From Candidatus Stercoripulliclostridium merdipullorum (GTDB lineage Bacteria > Bacillota > Clostridia > Christensenellales > DTU072), in assembly GCA_018713745.1 (NCBI GenBank), contig DVOH01000057.1, positions 6,544 to 70,543 of the forward strand: a stretch of DNA of 64,000 nucleotides. Direction: 5' to 3'. Within the stretch, counting starts at the first letter, position 1, and each line of letters starts with the position of its first letter. Positions 8,771 to 18,109 of the stretch are shown here, one piece after another. The translations under genes and the position numbers were made by a program. Under the pieces are notes generated by a model. That model was not told the DNA's origin. It worked only from the letters and a program-made list of their open reading frames with translations, and made no database searches.

Positions 8771-9271
8771 ATGATGAAACGAATTGTAAAAACGGCAGGG
8801 CTTTTGCTGATTTTGATCGTTTGCTGTCTGGCGGCGGCTTGCGCAAATCAAGGCGGGGCGGAGCGACCCGACTACCCCGGCGGCGCGATTGTCGGGGGCA
8901 ATATGCGCGTCACGATCAAGGTGTTCGACTATCAGGATAAATTGATAAAATCGGTATCTGTAGATACAAAAACCGTCAATTTTCAATCCCTTATCCAAGA
9001 ACTCGGCAAGGCGGACGAGAGCTATTCCGGCGGAATAGAGGTTGCGGAAAGTGCGGGCAAAATGACGGTGAAGATCGGTGGCGTCGTTTACGGTGCCGAT
9101 CCCTTTTCGCTTAAGATGTACGCGACGCTTGCCTATGATGCCGTCGTCGATCCCTCCGACACCGTCTTGCTGGACGGGAGAGAGTACGGCGCGGTTAAAC
9201 TGAGCTATGACGCGATCCCGGTCGTGGACGGTTGCGTCTATGTTTTCAAGGAGTACGGGAGTAAAGCCTGA
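8771..9271 (+). CDS. Lipoprotein of unknown function
   Basis: MMKRIVKTAGLLLILIVCCLAAAC carries a lipobox (LAAAC). GGAGG lies just upstream. The track ORF begins 24 nt earlier. Confidence 0.6.
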   Translation: MMKRIVKTAGLLLILIVCCLAAACANQGGAERPDYPGGAIVGGNMRVTIKVFDYQDKLIKSVSVDTKTVNFQSLIQELGKADESYSGGIEVAESAGKMTVKIGGVVYGADPFSLKMYATLAYDAVVDPSDTVLLDGREYGAVKLSYDAIPVVDGCVYVFKEYGSKA

Positions 9272-9311
9272 ACGGGGCGGAGCGGAAGTTGCGCCGTTGC
9301 CCCCAAATCGT

Positions 9312-9340
9312 TTGATTTTTTTGTCGGAATTGATTATAAT
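9312..9340 (+). promoter_or_regulatory. Sigma-A-like promoter abutting the ecfA start codon
   Basis: TTGATT (9312-9317), 17 nt, TATAAT (9335-9340), then 7 nt to ATG 9348. No Shine-Dalgarno sequence. Confidence 0.45.
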
Positions 9341-9347
9341 TACCGAT

Positions 9348-10193
9348 ATGGATTTGAAGCAAGAACCCGTCATTACGATTTCGGACGTTTCGTTCGATTA
9401 TCGCAGCGGCGACAGCGTGTCGCGCGGCGTTTCCTCGGTCGGTCTTACGATTATGCGGGGAGAGTTTGTCGTGCTGCTCGGCAGAAACGGCAGCGGCAAG
9501 TCGACGCTTGCCAAATTGCTCAACGGTTTTCTGCTGCCCGATCGCGGCTCGATCGAAGTACTCGGGATCAATACGGCGGACGACGACAAAATTTTTGAGT
9601 TGCGCAGTAAGGTCGGGATGGTGTTTCAGAATCCCGACAATCAGATGGTTGCTTCGATCATCGAGGACGACCTTGCTTTCGGACCCGAAAATCTCGGGGT
9701 TCCCGCCGACGAAATCCGTAGGCGCGTCGATCGCGCGTTGGAGATTGTCGGCATGACCGAATACGCTTTGCGCACCCCCAACAAACTTTCGGGCGGACAA
9801 AAGCAGCGCGTGGCAATCGCCGCGGTTCTTGCAATGGAACCCGAAATTCTGATCTTGGACGAGTCGACCGCTATGCTTGATCCCAAAGGCAGGGGAGAAG
9901 TATTGGAGACCATACGGCGCTTAAATCGCGAAGAGGGGATCACGGTGATTCTGATCACCCACTATATGGACGAAACAACGGAAGCGGACCGCATCGTCGT
10001 GATGGACGACGGGCGGATATTACAGATGGGGGTGCCGCATCAAATATTTTCGGATCGTGCGCTGATCGAACGCGCCGGGCTGGAGCTGCCCGTTGCGACC
10101 AAGGCAGCGCATTTGCTCAGAGAAAAGGGACTGAAGATTCCCGCCGTGCTGACGGATGAAGAATTGGCGGAGGCGGTATGTCGATTGTCGTAA
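9348..10193 (+). CDS. ecfA: Energy-coupling factor transporter ATPase (first copy)
   Basis: Walker A GRNGSGKST, LSGGQKQR signature and Walker B ILILDE. Start chosen at MDLKQEP because the upstream track extension overlaps the lipoprotein gene. Confidence 0.9.
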   Translation: MDLKQEPVITISDVSFDYRSGDSVSRGVSSVGLTIMRGEFVVLLGRNGSGKSTLAKLLNGFLLPDRGSIEVLGINTADDDKIFELRSKVGMVFQNPDNQMVASIIEDDLAFGPENLGVPADEIRRRVDRALEIVGMTEYALRTPNKLSGGQKQRVAIAAVLAMEPEILILDESTAMLDPKGRGEVLETIRRLNREEGITVILITHYMDETTEADRIVVMDDGRILQMGVPHQIFSDRALIERAGLELPVATKAAHLLREKGLKIPAVLTDEELAEAVCRLS

Positions 10194-11038
10194 AAAACCT
10201 GAGTTATACCTATTCTCCCAAAACCCCCTACGAAAAGCAGGCGTTGTACGACGTTTCCTTCCGCATCAACAAAGGGGAGACCGTCGGCGTGATCGGATCG
10301 ACGGGGAGCGGCAAGTCGACGCTCAGTCAGCATCTCAACGCATTAATCCGCATGCAGAACGGGGAGGCGGAAGTTTACGGGATCGATCTTAAGGCAAAGC
10401 GCCCCGATCTCAAGAAACTGCGCGCCACGGTCGGGATGCTGTTTCAGTATCCCGAATACCAGTTGTTTGAAGACACCGTGCTGAAAGACGTGGCGTTCGG
10501 ACCGCAAAATTTCGGCAAGAGTAAAGAAGAGGCTTACGCCCTGGCGCAGGAGGCACTCGAAGCCGTGGGTCTCGGGGATCCCGCCATCGCGCAAAAATCG
10601 CCCTTCGAACTGTCGGGGGGGCAAAAGCGTCGCGCCGCGATTGCGGGCGTAATCGCTTGCAAGCCGAAAGTTCTGATTTTGGACGAACCGACGGCAGGGC
10701 TCGATCCCGCAGGCAAAAAGGAGATTCTCGAACTTATCGAACGTTTGAAGCAAAGTTTTGTCGAAATCGTCATTATGGTATCGCACAACATGGACGAAAT
10801 CGCAAAATACTGCGACCGCGTTCTGGTGCTGTCCGAAGGACGGCTGGTTGCCGATTCCGTTCCGCGCGAACTCTTTTCGAACCCTGCCAATCTCGAAGGG
10901 ACGGGGCTGAAACTGCCGCACGCGGCAAACGTATCGTATGCCCTCCGGCAACGGTTTGAAGGGTTTCCCGTGGCACTGACGGCGGAAGAGCTTGCCGACG
11001 CCATTGCGACAAGGCTCGGAGGAGGATGCCATGAGTAG
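10178..11038 (+). CDS. ecfA: Energy-coupling factor transporter ATPase (second copy)
   Basis: Walker A GSTGSGKST, LSGGQKRR and VLILDEPT. Overlaps the previous gene by 16 nt. Confidence 0.9.
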   Translation: MSIVVKNLSYTYSPKTPYEKQALYDVSFRINKGETVGVIGSTGSGKSTLSQHLNALIRMQNGEAEVYGIDLKAKRPDLKKLRATVGMLFQYPEYQLFEDTVLKDVAFGPQNFGKSKEEAYALAQEALEAVGLGDPAIAQKSPFELSGGQKRRAAIAGVIACKPKVLILDEPTAGLDPAGKKEILELIERLKQSFVEIVIMVSHNMDEIAKYCDRVLVLSEGRLVADSVPRELFSNPANLEGTGLKLPHAANVSYALRQRFEGFPVALTAEELADAIATRLGGGCHE

Positions 11039-11864
11039 AGACGTATCCTTCGGGCAGTATTATCCCGCCGAGTCGTTTGTCCACAAACTCGATCCGCGCA
11101 CCAAACTTCTGATGGTGATCGCGTATATCGTAGGGGTCTTTCTCGTCAAGGATCTGTGGGGATTCATCCCGGTCGGCATGTTTTTGCTTGCGGCGATTTT
11201 GGTATCCCGCGTTCCGCTGAAAAGTATCCTGAAAAGCTTGAAGGCGGTTTTGCTGATCGTTATCCTGACGGCGATTCTCAACGTGCTGTTTTACAAAGAA
11301 GGACAGGTTCTTTGGTCGTGGTGGCGCATATCGATCACGGTCGAAGGGTTGCTGACCGCGTTGCGGCTGGCGTTAAGATTGGTGCTGTTGGTTTTGGGGA
11401 CGACACTTCTTACGTTGACGACGACGCCGATGAATCTGACCGACGGGATGGAAAGCCTGATGAAACCCCTGAAGTACATCCGCGTTCCCGTCCACGACAT
11501 CGCTTTGATTATGAGTATCGCGTTGCGCTTTATCCCCATCCTGATGGAAGAGGTCGACAAGATTATGCTTGCCCAAAAAGCGCGGGGCGCGGCGTTTGAC
11601 AACGGCAATATTTTCAAACGCGCCAAGGCGTTGCTGCCGATTTTGATTCCGCTGTTTGTTTCGGCATTGAGAAGGGCGGAGGAACTCGCGCTCGCGCTTG
11701 ACGCAAGGTGCTATAACGCAACGCCCAACCGTACCAAAATGAAGCGACTGCGGTTCGGGTACCGCGATCTGATTGCGGCGTTGCTGACCGCCGTTCTGAT
11801 TGTCCTGATCGTAGCCGTCAATTTCAGGTTCTGGGGGCTGTTTGCCCCGCTCGGTTGGCTATGA
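11031..11864 (+). CDS. ecfT: Energy-coupling factor transporter transmembrane subunit
   Basis: DPRTKL near the N-terminus, multiple TMs and the ARG..F coupling-helix motif (AQKARGAAFD). Its ATG overlaps the ecfA stop. Confidence 0.9.
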   Translation: MSRDVSFGQYYPAESFVHKLDPRTKLLMVIAYIVGVFLVKDLWGFIPVGMFLLAAILVSRVPLKSILKSLKAVLLIVILTAILNVLFYKEGQVLWSWWRISITVEGLLTALRLALRLVLLVLGTTLLTLTTTPMNLTDGMESLMKPLKYIRVPVHDIALIMSIALRFIPILMEEVDKIMLAQKARGAAFDNGNIFKRAKALLPILIPLFVSALRRAEELALALDARCYNATPNRTKMKRLRFGYRDLIAALLTAVLIVLIVAVNFRFWGLFAPLGWL

Positions 11865-12631
11865 GATATCTGATTACCGTGGAGTATTGCGGTCGTAATT
11901 ATTGCGGCTGGCAACGTCAGATCAACGCCATTTCTGTTCAGGAAGTGCTGGAGGAAAAGCTGGCGGTTCTCTTGCGGCATAAGGTTGTTTTGCACGCAAG
12001 CGGCAGGACGGACAGCAAAGTGCACGCGCTGGGACAAACCGCCCATTTCGATACCGAAACCGTAATTCCGCCCCAAAAATTGCTGTGTGCGGTCAATTCG
12101 ATGCTTCCGGACGATATTCGCATCCGCGATTGCAGGGTCGTGCCGGACGACTTCCACGCGCAGTATTCGGCAAAGCGTAAGACCTATTTGTACAAAGCTT
12201 ACGTCGATCGGATTTCGAGCCCCGTCAAAGAAGGGCTTTATGCCCGGATTATCCCGCCCTTGGATGTCGAATTGATGCAGAAAACTGCCGAAAAGCTGAT
12301 CGGAGAGCACGATTTCCGTGCGTTTTCTTCGACGGGAAGTACGGTCAAAACGACGGTGCGCACCGTCTATCGGCTCCAAATTACCCGGCGCGGCAACGAG
12401 ATCGAGTTCGAAATCGAAGGCAACGGATTCCTGTACAACATGGTGCGGATTATCGTCGGCACGCTGATCTTTGTCGGCAAAGGAAAAATCCCGCCCGAAA
12501 ACGTCGAACGGATGCTGCAAACGGGCGACCGGAAAGCGGGCGGCAAAACATTTGCGCCCGAAGGCTTGTATCTCAAGAGCGTTTTTTATCCCGAAATCGG
12601 GCTCCCCGAAGAAAATTGCCGAAAAAGTTGA
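11855..12631 (+). CDS. truA: tRNA pseudouridine(38-40) synthase
   Basis: Y.G..Y.GWQRQ N-terminus, catalytic GRTDSKVHA and FLYNMVR. Confidence 0.9.
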   Translation: MAMRYLITVEYCGRNYCGWQRQINAISVQEVLEEKLAVLLRHKVVLHASGRTDSKVHALGQTAHFDTETVIPPQKLLCAVNSMLPDDIRIRDCRVVPDDFHAQYSAKRKTYLYKAYVDRISSPVKEGLYARIIPPLDVELMQKTAEKLIGEHDFRAFSSTGSTVKTTVRTVYRLQITRRGNEIEFEIEGNGFLYNMVRIIVGTLIFVGKGKIPPENVERMLQTGDRKAGGKTFAPEGLYLKSVFYPEIGLPEENCRKS

Positions 12632-12640
12632 TCAAATCGT

Positions 12641-12669
12641 TTGACATCGGGCGAGTTATATACTATTAT
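12641..12669 (+). promoter_or_regulatory. Sigma-A-like promoter of rplM-rpsI
   Basis: TTGACA (12641-12646), 17 nt, TATTAT (12664-12669). An ~80-nt structured-looking leader follows. It may be an L13-type leader, which I could not verify. Confidence 0.55.
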
Positions 12670-12752
12670 ATTTAGGCACGTCAGAAGCCGCGCGCGAAGA
12701 TATAGCCCCTCTTTGCGAGGCTGCGGACAGATCAATTTACGGAGGACTTACC

Positions 12753-13184
12753 ATGAAGTCATATATGGCAAAGCCTGAATCGGTCGAAAGAAAATGGTAC
12801 GTCGTCGACGCCACCGGTATGGCGCTCGGCAGACTTGCTTCGCAGGTCGCAATGGTTCTGCGCGGCAAAAACAAACCCGTTTTCACTCCCAACGTCGATA
12901 CGGGCGACTATGTGATCGTTATCAACTGCGATAAAGCGATTTTGACCGGCAAAAAAGCCGAGCAAAAATATTACCGTTACCACACGGGTTACGTCGGCGG
13001 ACTCAAAGAAGTGCGTTACGACAAGCTGATGCAGACCAAACCCGATTTTGTCGTCAAGCGCGCCGTCAAAGGGATGCTTCCCAAAAATTCCATCGGTCGC
13101 AAGATGATCAAAAAGCTGTTTGTTTACAGCGGCGCCGAACACAATCATCAAGCCCAACAACCCGTTGAGCTCAAACTGAAATAA
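12753..13184 (+). CDS. rplM: 50S ribosomal protein L13
   Basis: KWYVVDA..LGRLAS..A..LRGK pattern; 143 aa. Confidence 0.95.
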   Translation: MKSYMAKPESVERKWYVVDATGMALGRLASQVAMVLRGKNKPVFTPNVDTGDYVIVINCDKAILTGKKAEQKYYRYHTGYVGGLKEVRYDKLMQTKPDFVVKRAVKGMLPKNSIGRKMIKKLFVYSGAEHNHQAQQPVELKLK

Positions 13185-13195
13185 GAGGTGGACAG

Positions 13196-13612
13196 ATGGC
13201 AACGAAAAAAGCATTGAAGAAAAAAATTCAGTACTGGGGAACCGGTAGACGCAAAAAAGCGATTGCCCGCGTCCGCGTTATTCCCGGCGGCGAAGGCAAC
13301 ATCATCATCAACAAGCGTTCGATCGACGACTATTTCGGACTGGAAACGCTGAAGTTCATCGTCCGTCAACCCCTGGTTGCGACGGCGACGACAGACAAAT
13401 TCGACGTAGCGGTCAACGTATCGGGCGGCGGCACGTCGGGACAGGCAGGTGCCATCCGTCACGGCATTGCCAGAGCGCTTTGCCAGGCGGACGCAAGCTA
13501 CCGTCCCACTCTGAAAACCGAAGGTTTCCTGACCCGCGACCCGCGCATGAAAGAACGTAAAAAATACGGATTGCACAAAGCGCGTAAAGCTCCGCAGTTC
13601 AGCAAACGTTAA
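13196..13612 (+). CDS. rpsI: 30S ribosomal protein S9
   Basis: GTGRRK, GGG.SGQAGA..HGI.RAL and C-terminal RKAPQFSKR. Confidence 0.95.
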   Translation: MATKKALKKKIQYWGTGRRKKAIARVRVIPGGEGNIIINKRSIDDYFGLETLKFIVRQPLVATATTDKFDVAVNVSGGGTSGQAGAIRHGIARALCQADASYRPTLKTEGFLTRDPRMKERKKYGLHKARKAPQFSKR

Positions 13613-13631
13613 TCGACAATCGGATCCGAAC

Positions 13632-13658
13632 AATGCCGACGAACTCCGTCGGCATTTT
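13632..13658 (+). terminator. Intrinsic terminator after rpsI
   Basis: 10-bp stem AATGCCGACG / CGTCGGCATT, 5-nt loop, TTTT tail. Confidence 0.65.
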
Positions 13659-13764
13659 CATATCCGACGAAATGATTGACGGATTGACATATCGGCATAG
13701 AATCATATTATAATAATGCAAACGCATACCGTAACGGGGTAGAGGCGTTGCGGAAGGAGGAAAG

Positions 13765-14667
13765 ATGGATTACAAATACGATCTGATTATCGTAGGCGGA
13801 GGACCTGCCGGACTGACGGCGGGGATTTATGCCGCAAGAGGGGGACTGAAGACCGTCATCATCGGCGCAATGCCCGGCGGGCAGGCGGCGCTGACCGAAA
13901 AAATCGAGAATTACGCGGGCTTCGAACCTGTGGACGGAATTACGTTGACGTCCAAAATGCAGGCGCAGGCCGAAGGGTTCGGGGTGGAATACGTTTATGC
14001 AACGGTAACCGACTTCGACCTCGAACAAAAGTGTGTGACAACGGAGGACGGCGACGTCTATCGCGCGGACGCACTGATCTTGGCAATGGGCGCAAAAAGT
14101 CGCAAGCTCGATCTCGAAGGCGAAGATCTGTTGGTCGGACAGGGCGTCAGCTATTGCGCGACCTGCGACGGAGGCTTTTATCGCGGAAAAACCGTAGCGG
14201 TTGTCGGGGGCGGAGATACCGCACTGACGGACGCGTTGTATCTGAGCAATCTTGCCAAAAAGGTTTATCTTATACATCGCCGTCAAGGATTCCGCGCCGC
14301 CAAAATTCTTGTCGACCGCATCAAGGAAAGCGGCGTCGAACTTGTCCTGGACGCAACGGTGACCGAGTTGATCGGCGCGCCGCTTCGGGCAATCCGTGTC
14401 AAAAACGTGGTTGACGGCAGCGAAAGAGAGATCGAAGCGGACGGAATTTTTATTGCGGTCGGCACCGTTCCCAATACCGAAGGGCTTAAGGGACTGCGTC
14501 TCGAGAACGGCTATATCCCCACCGATGCGCGTATGCAGACGGAATTGGAAGGGGTTTATGCCGCAGGCGATATTCGCGTAACGCCTTTGAGGCAAGTGAT
14601 CACGGCTTGCGCGGACGGAGCGGTCGCCGCCGAAAGTGCCATTCACCGCTCTCTTACATCAAAATAG
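13765..14667 (+). CDS. trxB: Thioredoxin-disulfide reductase
   Basis: GGGPAG FAD motif, redox-active CATCDG and GGGDTA NADPH motif. Confidence 0.9.
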   Translation: MDYKYDLIIVGGGPAGLTAGIYAARGGLKTVIIGAMPGGQAALTEKIENYAGFEPVDGITLTSKMQAQAEGFGVEYVYATVTDFDLEQKCVTTEDGDVYRADALILAMGAKSRKLDLEGEDLLVGQGVSYCATCDGGFYRGKTVAVVGGGDTALTDALYLSNLAKKVYLIHRRQGFRAAKILVDRIKESGVELVLDATVTELIGAPLRAIRVKNVVDGSEREIEADGIFIAVGTVPNTEGLKGLRLENGYIPTDARMQTELEGVYAAGDIRVTPLRQVITACADGAVAAESAIHRSLTSK

Positions 14668-14707
14668 AAAAACGGAACGATTCGAAACTTTTCGTTCGGT
14701 CTACCTT

Positions 14708-14736
14708 AGGCTCCCGTTTGGAAGCCTATTTTATTT
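14708..14736 (+). terminator. Candidate intrinsic terminator after trxB
   Basis: 8-bp stem AGGCTCCC / GGAAGCCT (one mismatch), GTTT loop, ATTTTATTT tail. Confidence 0.4.
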
Positions 14737-15017
14737 GGTTGAAAAAAGCACAAGAGGATTTCGGAAGGCGAAATCTGCAGAAATGCTAAAACGGACCGGA
14801 AAAAACTCCGATCCGCTTTAGCTATGATAAGGGGGAAAATTATGAGCTGTTTGAATGATTAGATTGTATCACAGGCTAACGTCTTTTGCAACCTTTTTTC
14901 GGAGAATTCAAAAATGCGAAAGTAAATAATAAGTAAATTTGCTTGAATTATTGCGGCGCAGGAATACCGCCTCGTTCGGCGGCATCAACTATTGGATAGA
15001 ACGGGGAGGTGTTTGAA

Positions 15018-16493
15018 ATGAAAAGAAAGAAATTAGTGATGGGTCTGATTCTGATTGCCGCCGTTGTGGCGGGCGTCTTGGCGCTGACGGGTTGTCAGCC
15101 AGACAACCCCGATGCCGAGTCCTACAGCAATTATCGGATCGGATTGGAACTTTCGGACGATCTCGAAACCGTCAAGGTATCGGAGACCGTAGTGTATCGC
15201 CATAAAGCCGAGGTCGCAATCGATCAGTTGGTGTTTCGGCTTTATGCCAACGCATACGCCGAGGGCGCGGCATATCCCGCTTATCTCAATGCGCTCGGAA
15301 AATACGGCGGATTCGAACTGCAAACGCTGACGTGCGACGGTTCGCCCGTTACTCCCGTATACGGGGAAGATCGTACCGTTTTGCGCGTTCCGCTTTCTCG
15401 CAAGTTGGCAACGGGCGATACCGTTACGATCGCCGTCGAAGGCGAAGTGACGGTTCCGCACTGCAACCTGCGTTTGGGGCTGACCGACGGGGTTTTGAAT
15501 TTCGGCAACGCAATCCCCGTGCTTTCGGTCTTTCGGGACGGACAGTGGCGGGAGGACCGCTATACGCAGATCGGAGATCCGTTTGTGGCGGAAACTGCCG
15601 AATTCGAGGTGACCGTGACGGCGCCCGCATCGTTGAAATTGGCAACGGGCGGCAACAAAGCTACGGTTTCGACCGATGGCAACAAGAACGTTTTTGTCAT
15701 TCCCAAGCACATTGCAAGAGATTTTACCTTGGCGGCTTCGTATGATTTTGCCGTCAACGAACGGGACGTCGACGGCGTGACGGTTCGTTATTTTTATCGT
15801 CCCGACAAGCAAACCGAAGCGGACGCCATGCTGAATACCGCGGTTTCGGCGCTCGAATGGATGCAGTCGACGGCAGGCGATTATCCCTATGACAATTATG
15901 CCGTATGCGAAACGCCTTTTTATTACGGGGGGATGGAGTACGGCGGTCTGGTGCTGATCAACGACGCGTCGGTCGGGAAAGACGATATCGTCATTCACGA
16001 AACCGTGCATCAATGGTTCGGCGTCGGGGTCGGGTCGGATGCCGTCAACGAAAGTTGGGTGGACGAGGCGTTGACGACGTTTTTGTCCCATTACTATTAT
16101 AAAGGAAACGGAAACGTCGATCGGTTTGAAAGCGGAATCGCAAACGAACGGCGGCAGTTTGACGGATTTATGAAAGCGCGGCTGTTGACCCATCCGGGAT
16201 ACCGTGCCGAAATCGACCGGAATTTATATGCATTCGAAACCATATATGAATACTCGCTTGTGGTATACAGCAGAGGAGCATTGATGTTTGACGCGGCATA
16301 CCGACTGATGGGCGAACGAAAATTCGAGCAGGCGTTGCGCGCGTATTATCAGGCGTACAGCAATCGGATTGCCGATGCCGAAGGATTGTTTGCGGCTTTT
16401 GACGGGGCGATGCGGGGGATATCGGAAACGATGCGACCCTGGCTGAAAGGTGCCGTGGTGCAGGAAAGTTTCCTGCCCCGGGCATCGGTATAA
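15018..16493 (+). CDS. M1-family zinc metallopeptidase lipoprotein
   Basis: ATG lies 8 nt after GGGGAGG. Has lipobox LALTGC, zinc motif HETVHQW and the downstream WVDEALTTF glutamate. Confidence 0.8.
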   Translation: MKRKKLVMGLILIAAVVAGVLALTGCQPDNPDAESYSNYRIGLELSDDLETVKVSETVVYRHKAEVAIDQLVFRLYANAYAEGAAYPAYLNALGKYGGFELQTLTCDGSPVTPVYGEDRTVLRVPLSRKLATGDTVTIAVEGEVTVPHCNLRLGLTDGVLNFGNAIPVLSVFRDGQWREDRYTQIGDPFVAETAEFEVTVTAPASLKLATGGNKATVSTDGNKNVFVIPKHIARDFTLAASYDFAVNERDVDGVTVRYFYRPDKQTEADAMLNTAVSALEWMQSTAGDYPYDNYAVCETPFYYGGMEYGGLVLINDASVGKDDIVIHETVHQWFGVGVGSDAVNESWVDEALTTFLSHYYYKGNGNVDRFESGIANERRQFDGFMKARLLTHPGYRAEIDRNLYAFETIYEYSLVVYSRGALMFDAAYRLMGERKFEQALRAYYQAYSNRIADAEGLFAAFDGAMRGISETMRPWLKGAVVQESFLPRASV

Positions 16494-16546
16494 AACGGAA
16501 GCAGTCGGGAATACTAAAGCTATCAACATCGGGAGGAACACATACG

Positions 16547-16714
16547 ATGGATCAGAAAAATTGCAAAAATTGCAGTAATGCTATCGGAAATATGCAAAAC
16601 TGCGCAATGTATCGTTGTACCAACTGCGGAACCATGCATCAATCGGTCAACGGAGAAAAGCCCAAAGCCTGCGTCAAGTGTGACGGAACGGAATTCAGAA
16701 GCTGCGGGAAATAA
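16547..16714 (+). CDS. Unannotated 55-aa zinc-ribbon protein
   Basis: Own translation: MDQKNCKNCSNAIGNMQNCAMYRCTNCGTMHQSVNGEKPKACVKCDGTEFRSCGK. Has three CxxC knuckles. GGGAGGA lies 9 nt upstream of the ATG and an intrinsic terminator follows directly. Below the 60-aa track cutoff. Confidence 0.6.
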   Translation: MDQKNCKNCSNAIGNMQNCAMYRCTNCGTMHQSVNGEKPKACVKCDGTEFRSCGK

Positions 16715-16715
16715 G

Positions 16716-16743
16716 AAAAAAAACGCCGAAAGGCGTTTTTTTT
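16716..16743 (+). terminator. Intrinsic terminator
   Basis: AACGCC GAAA GGCGTT hairpin followed by a run of T. Confidence 0.7.
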
Positions 16744-16803
16744 GTTGCAAAGGGCGAATGATACTTTTAAGTTTGACACGTTAAGCGCAAAAAAAGCGCC
16801 GTG

Positions 16804-17559
16804 TTATCGCACGGCGCGGGGTTCGGTGCTGAGGGCAAGCTCGACGAGTTTCCCGTTGCGACGACATTGTTCGAGCACTCTGCCGTCTACGACGGTTCCT
16901 GCCGGTATCATAAAACTTCTGGTCATATCGCCCACGGTACGGATCAGCCGCTTGCCCAATAAGAAGCGGTAATCGCCGATGCGCGGATTGTCGCTTTCGG
17001 GACTAGGGGGCGGCAGAATTGCCGAAGTGCGCGAGGTCAGTTGCCCGAACGATGCGGGCGAGGAAGGGAGGGGTACTTCTTCGATGCGGACGGCTTGGGT
17101 CGCGGGAGAAGAAGCGGGCGCGGCAGGAGCGGAGCGCTTTGCCGCGGGGCGTCTTAAGGTTCGCCCGTCGGTATTGAGGACAACGCCGGCGTCGCCCGAC
17201 GACACGATTTTGCGGAGATCGAAGACATCTTCGGCAACGGCAATCTCCCATTGTCCGTCGGCGTTGGGGCGGACGGAGCGGAGCGTGCCGAGCGTTTTGC
17301 CGTCGAGATCGTAAGCGGTTTGTCCCATCCCGACAACGATCCATTCGGCTTCGGGACGGGATTGAGGCGGTTTGCGGCACAAAACGACATCGCCGACCGA
17401 AGCGTAAATGTCGGCGACGGGCAGATAGCGTTCGCTTGTGGTTTTGAGATAGCGGATCCGCAACCCCTTTTTGGAGAACACAGCCGCCGTTACGTTGCCG
17501 TAATCGGTGGCGTCGAAAATACCGATGATCGGTTTGCCGTGTAAAGATTCGTATTGCAT
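16804..17559 (-). CDS. PRC-barrel-like domain protein with Pro/Ala/Ser-rich linker
   Basis: The N-terminal half resembles PRC-barrel / YlmC-YmxH-like proteins. It has a central low-complexity PAAKRSAPAAPASSPA stretch and a conserved-looking C-terminal block. This call is weak. Confidence 0.45.
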   Translation of the reverse strand: MQYESLHGKPIIGIFDATDYGNVTAAVFSKKGLRIRYLKTTSERYLPVADIYASVGDVVLCRKPPQSRPEAEWIVVGMGQTAYDLDGKTLGTLRSVRPNADGQWEIAVAEDVFDLRKIVSSGDAGVVLNTDGRTLRRPAAKRSAPAAPASSPATQAVRIEEVPLPSSPASFGQLTSRTSAILPPPSPESDNPRIGDYRFLLGKRLIRTVGDMTRSFMIPAGTVVDGRVLEQCRRNGKLVELALSTEPRAVR

Positions 17560-17607
17560 GGTTTCCCTCGCTAAATTATATGCGGCAGGGAAGCCCGCTA
17601 TGCTCTG

Positions 17608-17880
17608 TCAGGTGCGGGACGACTGCAGTTCTTTGCGGTAAGCGTCGAGGATCAGCGCTTTGATCTGCTCGCGGACTTCGGTGCAGAGGGGATGGGCAAT
17701 ATCACGGTATTCGCCGTCGGGTGCTTTGCGGGAGGGCATTACGATAAAACATCCTTCGCCCCCTTCGATCACCTTGATATCGTGCACGACAAACACGCCG
17801 TCGATAATGATGCTGGCAACCGCTTTGAGTTTGCCTTCGTCTTTTTTAAGTAGTTTTACGCGGACATCGGTAATATTCAT
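17608..17880 (-). CDS. spoVG: Septation/sporulation regulator SpoVG
   Basis: [40 protein letters not shown] is a near-canonical SpoVG sequence. Confidence 0.95.
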   Translation of the reverse strand: MNITDVRVKLLKKDEGKLKAVASIIIDGVFVVHDIKVIEGGEGCFIVMPSRKAPDGEYRDIAHPLCTEVREQIKALILDAYRKELQSSRT

Positions 17881-18109
17881 AACCTTTTCCTTCCTTGGCG
17901 CAAAATTTACTTCTAAAATACTGAACTCGATATGAAATGCCTAAGATGACGTAGCATATTTAGAAAGATTTATTTTATTATACAATAGCTTTCGGACAAA
18001 TTCAATACTTTATTTGCTTGCAATGCGGGAAATTTTTTTCGGGAAAGTCCGATCGGATCCCCTTAATTTCGACAACATTTTATCTTTGTTTGCATAAATA
18101 TAAACTACT

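Noticed and set aside
9207-9347. Upstream extensions of track ORFs (ecfA 9207, ecfT 10992, prfA 22658, SH3b 41732, AKR 46068, crp 50692, esterase 53084, DUF296 53908, GNAT 59769, CoADR 5692, acyl-CoA ligase 57443)
   Set aside because: The extensions overlap the preceding gene or a terminator, mostly use TTG/GTG, and add residues not seen at the N-termini of these families. Internal ATGs with an RBS or operon-overlap geometry were preferred.
12670-12752. Ribosomal protein L13 leader (Rfam L13_leader) in the rplM 5-prime UTR
   Set aside because: The position is right and the UTR is GC-rich, but I could not fold a convincing conserved structure by eye. I left it as a note on the promoter feature. 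A covariance-model scan would decide.
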